From the NCBI GenBank assembly GCA_951406725.2, contig OX597824.1, forward strand, positions 27,280,001-27,344,000: a stretch of 64,000 bases of DNA, written 5' to 3'. Shown piece by piece: positions 13,674 to 26,863 of this stretch; position 1 is the stretch's first letter; each line of letters opens with the position of its first letter. The notes beneath the pieces were generated by a model, which was not told the DNA's origin, made no database searches, and worked only from the letters and a program-made list of their open reading frames with translations. The translations under genes were made by a program, and so were the position numbers. Source of the stretch: Octopus vulgaris. Its lineage: Eukaryota.

Positions 13674-14062
13674 TAGGCGCAGGAGTGGCTGTGTGGTAAG
13701 TAGCTTGCTAACCAACCACATGGTTCCGGGTTCAGTCCCACTGCGTGGCACCTTGAGCAAGTGTCTTCTACTATAGTCTTGCGCTGACCAAAGCCTTGTG
13801 AGTTGATTTGGTAGATGGAAACTGAAAGCAGCCCGTCGTATATATGTGTGTGAGTGTTTGTGTGTCTGTGTTTGTTCCCCCAAAATCGCTTGACAATCGA
13901 TGATGGTGTGTTTACGTCCCCGTAACTTAGCGGTTCGGCAAAAGAGACCGATAGAATAAGTACTACAAAGAATAAGTCCTGGGGTGGATTTGCTCGACTA
14001 AAAGCAGTGCTCCAGCATGGCCACAGTCAAATGACTGAAACAAAAGAGCAAAGAGAGAGTAA
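13674..14062 (+). mobile_element. SINE family A, full length
   Basis: Colinear with 8641-9065. Confidence 0.9.
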
Positions 14063-14132
14063 GAATAATATTTCCATTCTATTACCATATATAAGAGTGT
14101 CTGTTTCTTCCGATGCATGGATTTCAAACAAC

Positions 14133-14163
<31 letters not shown>

Positions 14164-15265
14164 CGACAAAGGTCTATGTTACATCGAGTGAAAAGTCGTT
14201 TTTCTTTTCTTTTAATTTCATAAACTCGCCAGCTACGGGATCCTTACACCATTTCTTTAATACATTTTCTACTGTCCTGATCGAACGAATCAAAAATTAA
14301 ATGTAAATGTTAATCGGCTAAATCATTAACCGAATCGAAAATAAATCAAACTCAAAGACTGCTTGACTGTCAGACATCTATACGGATGTTGCATTGATTG
14401 ATTTTCAACCACTAATAATGGTGAAAGTGAAATCTGTTATGAGAAGATGAATTGAGCTTAAAGCGTATTGTAAATGAAATAACAGAGACAATAATATATA
14501 AGTAAACAGATCCAACGATATTCTATAAACAAACGTAACAGAGTGACGTAACCTTGTTCCTGCAATCACCAACTTTGTCTTTCATTATTATGTAATGTAA
14601 TGAAGGCGGCGAGCTGGCAGAATCGTTAACACGCCGGGCGAAATGCTTAGCGGTATTTCGTCTGCCGTTACGTTCTGAGTTTGACAAGTCTCCTCTCATT
14701 CTATTATCTGTCTGTCTTCCTCCATCTCTCTCTCTCTCTTTCCTCCCTTCCTTTCACTTTCTCTCTATAACGTCGTTTGATTGCGTCTACTACCTTTCCT
14801 CCGCCGCCTTTAATATTTTTACGCTGTTTAAATCCTTCGTCGTTATTCTCATTCATTCATTATTACTTTCTCTCTCCGCCTCTCTCTCTATCTATATATA
14901 TAGAGAAAGATTTTCATGATTGTGTGGTGGTGGTCGTGGTGGCGATGATAATTCTCTCTATGAATGCAGACAGACGTAGAGAGAAAGAGAGTGACAGCTC
15001 TGGCGAATGCGGCGGAAGAAAGATAGTAGACGCTATCAAACAACGTTATAGAGAGAAAGTGAAAGGAAGGGAGAAAGTAATAATGAGTGAATGAGAATAA
15101 CGACGAAGGGTTTAAAAAGCGTAAGAATATTTTCTTTCTCAACTTACTCAAGATCTTTTGTGGTTTATAAATGGGAGAGAGATTGATAGAGAAAGATAGA
15201 GAGTAAGAGAAAGCGAGGGATGACACTCTTACCCACGCGTTAGAGCGGGCCACCTAAAGCTAGTA

Positions 15266-15346
<81 letters not shown>

Positions 15347-15690
15347 ATGTATATAAAGGGAACACGAATGGCGTTTAAAATTCACATCTGTTTCGGTAAA
15401 ATTTTATTGATGTATTCAAAGAATGAGTAAACGTCTACCGAAAACAGTCGTCGGAGAGTTTAAACGCCATTTGTGTTTTCTTTTTATACCCATACCACAC
15501 CCAGAACCAACTCAAAGTCGAATCTACGGTTGAAATTAGTTTTGACACTTATATATGTTGAAAGTAACTTACTACCAATAAATATTTTCATTGTTGTTTA
15601 CCTTACCGTGAAATCTATGTTATCGTACCTAGCCATTTCTGGCGTCCTGCATTTCGATGTGCCTAGATTCTATTAAATCCTTATGACTAA

Positions 15691-16021
<331 letters not shown>

Positions 16022-16949
16022 TTGTTTGTCTGTGTGTTTGTCTCAATGTGTGTGCATGTCTGTGTGTGTATACGTGTCTATCCGTTTGTGATTGTCCTCC
16101 TCCACCGCTTGACAAGCGGTGGGGTCGGTGAATCGACATAAATACCAGACGAAAAAAAAACATAAAAAATGAAAAAAGGAAAAATGAAAAACGACCAAAA
16201 ATATACAAAGAAAAAAAATTATATGTACTGGTGTTGATTCGTTCTACCAAAATCCTTCTACAAAATGGCCGCAGTCTAATGACTGAAACAAGGTTAAGGT
16301 TTAAAAAGAAATAAGAGAAAGTTAAATGAAAAAAAAAAACAAAAAAAAATCAGCAGAAAAGCAAAAAAAAAAAATAAAAAAAAAAAAATAAAAACATAAC
16401 ACCGATTATCTGATAATCGCTGTCCCCTGAAACGCAACCAAATATGGAAGGGCTGAAAATATATATTTCCTAGCACTATCTCCTCACCTCCCACGCTCCT
16501 TCAACAAATCAGATTCTTGTACCTATGTCAAAGATCAATAAGAAGTAATTATTGATGTTTTTCTCTCACTGTTATTTCATCATTACATTTTATTTATTTA
16601 CGGTTTCTCATTTTTGATTTTCTGTTCATCTAAAAATAATCGCAGTCTCCATAATTTTATTTATTTATTTATTTTTCACTATTATTCCCCCCCCCCCGCT
16701 TCCGACACAAAACATTAATTTAGTTTCCTGTTGTTGTCGTCGTCGTTATCGTTGTTGTTGTTGTTGTTGTTGATGATGTTGTTGTTTTTGTTTTGTTATT
16801 TACTTTTCGCGCCACCCCCACTAACACCGCCGCTGCCGCCGCTGCCGCCGTCGCCGCCGCCGCCGCCGCCGTCGCTGCAGCCGCCGCCGCCGCCTCTGTA
16901 GTCAGCACCAGCGCCATCACCGACACCCCAACACCAGCACCAGTAGCAG

Positions 16950-17005
<56 letters not shown>

Positions 17006-17115
17006 GCAGCACCAGCGAAATAATCATTGACATCAGTACTCTTATGGATTTTCTTTTTCTTCTTCTTCTTCTTCTTCTTCTTCTTCTTCTTCTCCTCCTC
17101 CTCCTTCTTCTTCTT

Positions 17116-17197
<82 letters not shown>

Positions 17198-17198
<1 letters not shown>

Positions 17199-17402
17199 GG
17201 TGGAGAGCCGACAGAATCGTTAGCGCGCTGGACTAAATGCTTAGCAGTATTTCACCCGTCGTTACGTTGCGAGCTCAAATACCACCGAGGTCGACTTTGC
17301 TTTTCATCCTTCGGGGTCGATAAATTAAGTACCAGTGAAACACTAGGGTCGAGGAAATCGATTTACCACTTCCCCAAAATTGGTGCCCTTATTGAAACCA
17401 TT
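17198..17402 (+). mobile_element. SINE family B, diverged
   Basis: gaggtcgactttgcttttcatccttcggggtcgataaattaagtacc core. Confidence 0.8.
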
Positions 17403-17790
17403 ATTACCCCCGCCTTAGCGAAGGTGGAGGTATTGTTTTGAGTTGCGTTTGTTTGTTTGTTTCTTTGTTTGACTGTGGACAAGATATCTCAAGAACCGCT
17501 AGATTGATTCGGAAGAAACTTTCAATGTTGCTTGCCCTCGTGATTGGCACGATCTGATTAGATCTTGGGTTCGATCCGGTACCGGACAAGGATTCTAAAT
17601 TATTTTTCCTGCTTTTTTTTTTCTTCTACTTAAATTTTGAGATCTGTCGGGTTCATTTTAAGCATTCTCGTTGTAAGAGCAGTCGAATTTATTTGAGATA
17701 TTCTCACTTTAAAATCATCTCCGGCTAATCGTTGAGATAATGTCAGAGTTGCCTTGGCAGACGTTTGCACTCTTTGAGTGTTCTTGGTAT
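17402..17790 (+). mobile_element. Non-autonomous Helentron-like (DINE-1/HINE-type) element
   Basis: Starts ttattacccccgccttagcgaagg, has a (GTTT)n tract near the 5' end, and ends ccttggcagacgtttgcactctttgagtgttctt with a terminal stem-loop (cactc-ttt-gagtg). Confidence 0.55.
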
Positions 17791-17810
17791 TATCATTGTT
17801 GTTATTAGGT

Positions 17811-18028
17811 TAAGGCAGCGTACTGGCAGAATCGTTATCACGGCGGGCAAAATGCTTTGCGGTATTTCGTCTGTCATTACGTTGTGAGTTCAAATTCTGC
17901 AGTGGTCGACTTTGCCCATCATCCTTTCGAAGTCGATAAAATTAGTAGCAGTCGAGCACTGGGGTCGATGTAATCGCCTTAAACCTTCTCCACGAATATG
18001 CTGCCCTTCTGCCAAAATTTGAAACCAT
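17811..18028 (+). mobile_element. SINE family B
   Basis: Head, core and ccaaaatttgaaacc tail followed by (ATT)n. Confidence 0.8.
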
Positions 18029-18062
18029 TATTATTATTATTATTACTATTATTATTATTAGC

Positions 18063-18358
18063 GGAGGCGCATGGCTTAATGGTTAGGGTGTTGCACGCAC
18101 GATCTTGCGATCGTGGTTTCAATTCCTAGACCGGGCGGTGCGCTGTGTTTTTGAGCAAAACACTTCACCTCATGTTGCTCTGCGATCACTTCGACACCTG
18201 ACACGCATGGTTCACAGTACACCTGTTCAGACAACGTCGATTTGATGGAGAGAGTGAACTAATGTGCGGCACATACCTTTCATCACTATAAACAAATCAT
18301 TCGTGCAGGTCGTTCGGCAAAAACTGAACGCTCATATGCAATCTTCGACGGAAGAGTC
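18063..18358 (+). mobile_element. SINE family C variant (tRNA head + CORE-like segment)
   Basis: A-box tggcttaatgg, B-box ggtttcaattcc, then ttgagcaaaacacttcacc. Confidence 0.7.
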
Positions 18359-18422
18359 CGTCGTCGTCGTCGTCATGATGATGATGATGATGATGATTAT
18401 TATTATTATTATCGTGGTTGTT

Positions 18423-18921
18423 AGGCGCAATGGTCCAGTGGTTAGGGCAGCGGACTAGCGGTCGCCGGTTCGCAGTTTCGATTCCCAGACTGGGCATCGT
18501 GAGTGTTCATTGAGCGAAAACACCTAAAGCTCCACGAGACACCGGCAGAGAGAAGGGTGAGCCCAGCTCTACTCTTTCACCACAACTTTCTCTCGCTTTC
18601 TTCCTGTTTCTGTTGTATCTGTATTTCAAAGGGCCAACATTGTCACACTCTGTGTCACGCTGAATCTCACCGAGAACTACGTTAAGGGTACACGTGTCTG
18701 TGGAGTGTTCAGCACCAGCAGGTTAATAAAAATGAGTTGCGACGTCACTAGTGCCAAGCTGTACCGGCGGTTGCCTTTCCCTTGGATAACATTGGTGGCG
18801 TGGAGAGGGGAGGCTGGTATGCCTGGCGACTGCTGGACTTCTGTAAACAACCTTGCTCGGATTTGTGCCTCGGAGAGTAACTTTCTAGGTGCAATCCGAT
18901 GGTCATTCATGACCGAAGGGA
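18423..18921 (+). mobile_element. SINE family C, long variant
   Basis: A-box tggtccagtgg, B-box gtttcgattccc; the 3' ~190 bp matches the reverse complement of 39713-39890; 18620-18668 matches 63430-63478. Confidence 0.8.
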
Positions 18922-18939
18922 GTCACAACAAGGGTTGTT

Positions 18940-19475
18940 AAGGCGGTGAGCTGGCAGAAACGTTAGCACGCTGGACGAAATGCTTAGCGGTATTTCGTCT
19001 GCTTTTCATCCTTTCGGGGTCGATAAATTAAGTACCAGTTACGCACTGGGATCGATATAATCGACTTAATCCATTTGTCTGTCCTTGTTTGTCCTCTCTG
19101 TGTTTAGCCCCTTGTGGTTAGTTAAGAAATAGGTATTTCGTCTGCCGCTACATTCTGAGTTCAAATTCCGCCGAGGTCGACTTCGTCTTTCATCCTTTCG
19201 GGGTCGATTAAATAAGTACCAGCTACGCACTGGGGTCGATATAATCGACTTAATCCGTTTGTCTGTCCTTGTTTGTCCTCTCTGTGTTTAGCCCCTTGTG
19301 GCTAGTAAAGCAATAGGTATTTCAACCGTCGCTACGTTTTGAGTTCGAATTCCGCCGAGGTCGACTTTACCTTTCGTACTTTCGGGGTTTGCTAAATTGA
19401 CACTTGAGTACTGGAGTCGATGCAATCGACTTACCCCTCCCCCAAATTTCAGGCCTTTTGCCTATAATAGAAAAG
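18940..19475 (+). mobile_element. SINE family B tandem trimer
   Basis: Three successive bodies joined by aag(a/c)aata-ggtatttc junctions at ~19131 and ~19315. Confidence 0.9.
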
Positions 19476-19484
19476 ATTATTGGT

Positions 19485-19554
19485 ATTATAGTTGTTGTTG
19501 TTGTTGAATACTATCAATACATTACGATATAATTAATATAATTTACATTATCAT

Positions 19555-19611
<57 letters not shown>

Positions 19612-19624
19612 CACCACCACCACC

Positions 19625-19693
<69 letters not shown>

Positions 19694-20156
19694 GCTGCTG
19701 CTGCTACTTACATTATTATTGTTCCTATGGTATTGTTGTTTGCCGAATATTAGTATATTTCTGATAACAGTACATTCCCTTACCGCTGTTTCGTGGATGT
19801 TTGTGTCGTTGTTACTGTTGTTGTTGTTTAAACCTAAATCTTATATTTTCATTATTGTTTTTTCACTACCATTATTTGTGTTTATACAGGTGGCTTTTGC
19901 CGTACATGTGCTTAGTTATTATTATTTTTTGTGTGTGTGTGTGTGTTTTGTCGTTGGTGGTGGTGTTAGTATTGCGGCTATTGTTTTTTGCTCTTGTTTT
20001 CGTTCAGTTGCCGACAAGGTTTTTGCTGCTTTTTTTTTACCGCTGTGGTTGCTGTCTTTCATTTCTTCACCTTTTGTTTCATCTTCTTTCTCTTCTGCTT
20101 CGTCTTCTTTTTCTTGTAACTAATGTCGTTGTTGTTTTCGTTTTTGTTGTCGTTCC

Positions 20157-20190
<34 letters not shown>

Positions 20191-20710
20191 CTTCTTCTTC
20201 TTCTTCTTCTTCTTCTTCTTCTTCTTCTTCTTCTACTTCTTCTTACTTCTACTTCTACTTCTTCCTCTTCTGCTTCTTTTTCTTTTTCTTGTCTTCTTAC
20301 CTTTTTCTTTCTTCTTCTTCTTCCTTCTTCTTCTTCTTCTTCTTCTTCTTCTTCTTCTTCTTCTTCTACTTCTTCTTCTTCTCTCCTCCTCCTGCTCCTC
20401 CTCTTGCTCATCCTTCTTCTTCCTCTTTCCCACACCCTCTTCTTTTCTATTCCATCATTTTCTACCTTTCTCCGCCTCCTTCTGCCTCCTTTACCTCCTC
20501 CTCTTCATTCATCTTCTCTTTCATCTCCTTCATCTCTTCCTTCCTTTCCTCCTTCTGCGTCTCCTTCTATTTCGTCTTCTCCTTCTCCTGTTGATATTAT
20601 TACTCTTACTGTATACGTTGCTTATATACACTATTCTCACTTCTGTTTTTTTTTTTGTTTCGTTTCAGTCGTCGTCCAGTTATTGTTGCTGTTGTTGTTG
20701 TTGTAGTAGT
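19485..20710. repeat. Compound (CTA/CCA/GTT/CTT)n microsatellite field
   Basis: Visible runs. Confidence 0.9.
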
Positions 20711-21401
20711 TGATGTTGTTTTCCGTATATACGTTTGCCCCGGCTTCACTCACTATTGTTTTTAACGACCGCCGGTTCCCAAGAGAAATCAAACCACTTA
20801 TTGAATGTAATATTGCCTCCCTTATTCTCGCTCTCCTCTCCATTCTTTACTCACAATTTCACAACGACTTCACTCTCACCCTCTCTCACTTTCTCTCTCT
20901 CTCTCTCTCTCTTAGTATCTACGTATCTATCTGGTATTTATTTACCTTTTTCAGTCTCACCATCTCTCTCTCTTTGAACTCCCCTCCCTGCATCTGTCTC
21001 ACACAAAATACCTCTCCCACTATCGTTTTGCATCTACTATAGATGCCATCACTCCAAATTCCGACTTCATTGGAATATATATACATACATATATACATAT
21101 ATATATATATGTAAATGTATATATATTTAAACATATATATATATATGTGTGTGTGTAAATGTATATATATTTAAACATATATATATATATGTGTGTGTGT
21201 AAATGTATATATATTTAAACATATATATATATGTGTGTGTGTGTAAATGTATATATATTTATACATATATATATATACATACATACATGCATACATATAC
21301 ACACGCACGCGTGAGCACACACAAACACACACACATATAATATATATACATACACACACAGTTGAACTCAACTTGCACCCTGCCACATACACGCATATAT
21401 C

Positions 21402-21452
<51 letters not shown>

Positions 21453-21569
21453 CACATATACATATAATACATATATGTATATGATATATATATATATAGA
21501 TATATATATATACATTTGTGTGTATGTACACCTCTACGTTGCTGTATATAATTATATGTATAGGTGTAC

Positions 21570-21641
<72 letters not shown>

Positions 21642-21970
21642 TTTCATGTATAAAAATGTATATATGCGTAATATATATATATATAAAACTACACACAAAC
21701 GTAGACACGAAGATACGGAGTCACACACATACGCACTCACACACATAGGCCACCTATCCAATAACTCCAATAATCTCTATATTTTGTCACACCATCTTTA
21801 AGCCAACAACAATACAGTTTCCCTATCGCCATCCTCATCAAAGATCATTTTTTTTAAAGAATTGGCTCCAACAGAATTGCTTTCTTTCCTATGATGCAAA
21901 ATTGAGCTACTTTGCTGTTCCTTTTCCTATCTCACGTTTGTATCCCTTTCACTTTTGCTTTCTTACTACA

Positions 21971-22013
<43 letters not shown>

Positions 22014-22167
22014 TCACACACACACACACACAAGCACATATACATATATGCAAACAGACACACACACAAACATATATGCGTGCGTGCATGTTTGTGTGGA
22101 TGTATCTAAAAACATGCATATCTACACACGTACACACACACAGAACCATATATTCAAACTCCCATAT

Positions 22168-22212
<45 letters not shown>

Positions 22213-22355
22213 TACAGTATTACAGTATATGTACATTCACAAACATAAATATACGGAAAGAGAGAGAGGGTGCCAAGTAGAGTGTATTGCTTTCATTCGT
22301 TCAACATATAGCGCGTGTATGTGTGTGTATATATCAATGTAAGTGTATATTTATA

Positions 22356-22693
22356 TAGGCGTAGGAGTGGCTGTGTGGTAAGTAGCTTGTTTACCAACCA
22401 CATAGTTCCGGGTTCAGTCCCACTGCGTGGCACCTTAGGCAAGTGTCTTCTACTGTAGCCTCGGGCTAGATTTGGTAGACGGAAACTGAAAGAAACCCGT
22501 CGTATATATGCATATATATATATATATGTGTGTGTGTTTGTCCTCCCAACATCGCTTGACAACCGATGCTGGTGTGTTTACGTCCCCGTAACGTAGCGGT
22601 TCGACAAAAGAGACCGATAGAATAAGTACTAGGCTTCCAAAAGTCGATTTGCTCGACTAAAGGCGTTGCTCCTGCATGGCCACAGTCAAATGA
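22356..22693 (+). mobile_element. SINE family A with small internal deletions
   Basis: Colinear with 8641-9065. Confidence 0.85.
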
Positions 22694-22737
<44 letters not shown>

Positions 22738-22853
22738 GTAAATGTAATATGTGTCAATTATTCGGTAGCCTTGACAAAACTCCAAGTCACGGATGTCGGG
22801 GTGGAAATCCACGCTGCCATTCTCTTCAGTAATCCGGCCATCTGAAAAAAAAA

Positions 22854-22920
<67 letters not shown>

Positions 22921-22959
22921 TATATATATATAAATATAAATATATATAATACACACACA

Positions 22960-22999
<40 letters not shown>

Positions 23000-23170
23000 A
23001 ACATATCACCATCCTTATATATAAAAAATATCACATATATTCTACATATATATATATATATATATACCGAAATATTAAATCTTCATGACATTTCATATAC
23101 ATACATACATACACACACATACATATATATAAATATAAATATATATACATACATACACACACACACACAC

Positions 23171-23213
<43 letters not shown>

Positions 23214-23620
23214 TTCATATATATGTGTGTGCTTTTTTTGTGTGTGTATACATATACATATATATATACACACGTATATATACTGCTGCTGCAGTCTCTG
23301 TTATGATTTGGGTCTTTTACTGACTCATGAACAATGTTAGTCCAACCGTGGTTCTACCATTTCTCTTTTTCAGATATATTGAAGTATACGCGTGTGGTTA
23401 AGATGCACACTTTGCAGCCACATGTTTTTGAGTTACACCCACTGTGCATTTCATATCGGCAAGTACCTTCTGCTATAGTTGTGCGTCCTTAAAATCCTTT
23501 TCTGGGAATATTGTTGATGGAAATTGTGTTTAGCCCATACATAAATACATACATACAAACATTCATATATACATATACATATATACAACCTGTGCAAAGG
23601 CAATAAAAATAATAATGCTG

Positions 23621-23726
<106 letters not shown>

Positions 23727-23737
23727 TGATAATAATA

Positions 23738-23774
<37 letters not shown>

Positions 23775-23776
<2 letters not shown>

Positions 23777-24116
23777 TATTTTATTGGCCACAAGGGCTGA
23801 CAAAAATCAATTATCACATAAAGGGACAAAAACAGGACGAAAGGTTACAAAGGGTTTTGTCCGTTTCTGAAAAAATTGAGTAAAAAAGCAGTTTAACAAC
23901 GAAAATATAACAACGACAGAAACTCCCAATAGGGGGAGGCGTATCGAAAGGTTCCTGGTGGAAAAGCCCATAAAAGCCAATGGGAGCCTGGTCAAAAGGG
24001 GGTAGAGAGCCCCTTTTTCCTTTTCTTTACCTTTTTAAATCACAGGTGCAACCTCAGAATGGTTCCTTTCATACTAGCCATTCTTGCGACATTTATCCTC
24101 CTTTCAGAAAACAACG
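23775..24116 (-). mobile_element. 5'-truncated L1/Tx1-like LINE 3' end inside (AAT)n
   Basis: Minus strand encodes FSERRINVARMASMKGTILRLHL*, homologous to FKKRWVNVAKMVR..TTLSMIL* at 29250-29326; 3' UTR ends AGCCCTTGTGGCCAATAAAA; (AAT)n on both sides. Confidence 0.7.
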
Positions 24117-24174
<58 letters not shown>

Positions 24175-24195
24175 TAATAATAATAATAAGTAGTG

Positions 24196-24532
24196 GAGGA
24201 GCATCATAGCCATGTGTTGAGAGGGATTCTTTGGGGTTTGAATAATTCACCTCTGGAAACATGGGTGTTTCGTTCAACATCCTTAAACAATCCTTATTCA
24301 GGGACCTTTCGAGTGGGATGGGTTACTCGACCTGAAGAAAATTCTAACTAGGCCCCACCTGCAAGGTCATGTGCTGTTTATTTTGATATGAGATCACCAT
24401 GTCGCGCACATATGGTTGTGATGCATGTGCCTAGTGTACCCTTATCAGACGGGTAGTCATGATGGGTATACTGGGCTTCGTATATTTTGCCCCTGTGTCA
24501 CTTTGATGGCATGCACTGCTCTCTCACTCAAT
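24196..24532. mobile_element. Unclassified ~335-bp interspersed element bounded by (AAT)n
   Basis: Higher-GC non-coding block with sharp borders against AAT tracts; probably a non-LTR element terminus. Confidence 0.4.
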
Positions 24533-24861
24533 AATAATAATATTTTTCCCAAACTACAGTTTAAATGAATAAGGACACACTGAAGGAAAATGAGCTCCTA
24601 ACTTCTATGAATGTAAGGAAACCATGTGACTGGTAAATTTAGAATAACTCTGACCATAGGTATTCTCGCTGATGGTTGAACGTGATCTTAACCCAAATCA
24701 CCATCACCATTCTGAGGATTATCATGAACGCCATTGTCAACGTCAATGTCGTCGTCGTCATCACCATCACCACCACCAACGCTAACAACACCACCACCAA
24801 CATCATCATCATCATTGCCATCAAATGTTTTCTCCATTTTCTACTTATTTAAATTTTATTC

Positions 24862-25175
24862 CCGATAAACACAGATAGAGAAATTAAGGCCAACAGACCA
24901 GATATAGTTGTCAGAGATCATGAAGAAAAAAATGCTTTCTAATTGATGTATCAATACCGGCAGATGACAACGTGTCTCTAAAAGAAATGGAGAAACTTTC
25001 AAAATACAAAGACCTGGAAATAGAGGTAACCAGAATGTGGAATCTAAAAACAGAAACAATTCCTATCATAGGCATGATAAAAAATATTCAGACAAATACA
25101 TAACTAAAACACCAGGACTTACAAACACATATAACATACAGAAAATTGCACTACTATGCACTGCACACATCCTAT
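24862..25175 (+). mobile_element. R4/Dong-clade non-LTR retrotransposon fragment, restriction-like endonuclease domain (frameshifted)
   Basis: Stitched translation PINTDREIKANRPDIVVRDHEEK/CFLIDVSIPADDNVSLKEMEKLSKYKDLEIEVTRMWNLKTETIPIIG../KYSDKYITKTPGLTNTYNIQKIALLCTAHIL has the RPD..D..K..KY RLE signature. Confidence 0.9.
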
Positions 25176-25632
25176 ACCCTATGAGCATAACGTGTTTGCA
25201 TACACATGTTAAGTTAAGGTAGGCAAATGACACCCGTAGGAAGAACGGAAGTTCTTTTCCCTGAGACGGTTATTCCAACCACAAACACTGCTTAACTTGT
25301 ATATATATGTATATATATAAGTTTAATTTTAACAGCAGCAGCAGCAGTGACACAAGGAGTAGTAGCAGCAGCAGCAATGACAGAAGGAGTAGTAGTGGCA
25401 GCAGTAGTAGCAACAGCATTAATAACTGCAGTAGTAGCAGTAGCATTAGTAGCAGCTGCTACAGTAGTAGCAGCAGCAGCAGCATAATCACGATCACGGT
25501 AGTGATCATCATCATCATCAACATCATCATCATGAAATAAATTTTCATCGATATTAAATGCGAATAGAAATGCAAAGATGCCGAAGACCAAGAAACCGTA
25601 CCACCACCATCACCATCACCACAACCACCACC

Positions 25633-25678
<46 letters not shown>

Positions 25679-25893
25679 TCAACAGCGACAATAACTGTAA
25701 CGTATATAATAATACTGCAATATAGAGATAGTGAAAATGAAAGTAAAACGAAGGAGGCAAAATGTAAATAATGGCGAAAATAATAAGAAAGAATAAATAT
25801 GTTTGACATATTGGTTGGTAGATTAAAATATGAATATTGCATTCCCTATATGAAAATGATCTTCCTAGAGTAATTACTAAACATGCATACAAA

Positions 25894-25930
<37 letters not shown>

Positions 25931-25984
25931 ATACACACAGACATAATATGAATATACATAGTCATACATACATATATATTTATA

Positions 25985-26570
25985 TGTATAATGCATAAAG
26001 GTATGTGTGTATGTTAACGCTATATATGTGTGTGTGGGTGTGTTGATGCAAACGGGAAAAATAGAATTCAAAAATTAAGTATATGTATATTTTTTATTAA
26101 TATTTAGCAGAAATAACGGAGTGAATCAAGGTCCTAGAATTTCGTGCGTTGGCACTTAAGAAGTACCAACGCACGAAACTCTCAAACCTTGAGTCACTCC
26201 GTTAATGCTGCTAAATACACACGCAGGTGCTAGTTCACTCTTATGCTTATTGACTTCAAGCTTGACGCTGCAAAATATATGTATAATGCATAAAGGTATG
26301 TGTGTATGTACACTATATATGTGTGTGTGGGTGTGTTGATGCAAACGGGAAAAATAGAATTCAAAAATTTAGTATATGTATATTTTTTATTAATATTTAG
26401 CAGAAATAACGGAGTGATTCAAGGAAGGTCCTAGAATTTCGTGCGTTGGCATTTATGAAGTACCGACGCACGAAACTCTCAAACCTTGAGTCACTCCGTT
26501 AATGCTGCTAAAAATATAAACACGCAGGTGCTAGTTCACTCTTATGCCTATTGACTTCAAGCTTCCGCTA
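25985..26570. repeat. Tandem duplication of a ~295-bp unit, each copy containing a ~117-nt hairpin
   Basis: Unit begins tgtataatgcataaaggtatgtgtg at ~25985 and ~26280; hairpins at 26101-26217 and 26394-26512. Confidence 0.9.
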
Positions 26571-26745
26571 CAAAATGGTATGATTCTAATATATTGAACC
26601 TTCTTGGCTCATCTGTTCTTTCCTCTTCCCTTTTCCCTTCTTTTATTTCATGTATTTGTATTCACTTTGATGAAGCTCCATGTACTAGAGCGAATGTGCT
26701 ATGAAGATTACGAATATTATTTTTGGAATTCTCTTTGTAAGCACC

Positions 26746-26863
<118 letters not shown>

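Noticed and set aside
18423-18495. Possible tRNA genes (also 34490-34540, 39930-40006, 63286-63355)
   Set aside because: A/B boxes are present, but there is no complete cloverleaf or acceptor stem and they run into SINE bodies; these are tRNA-derived SINE heads
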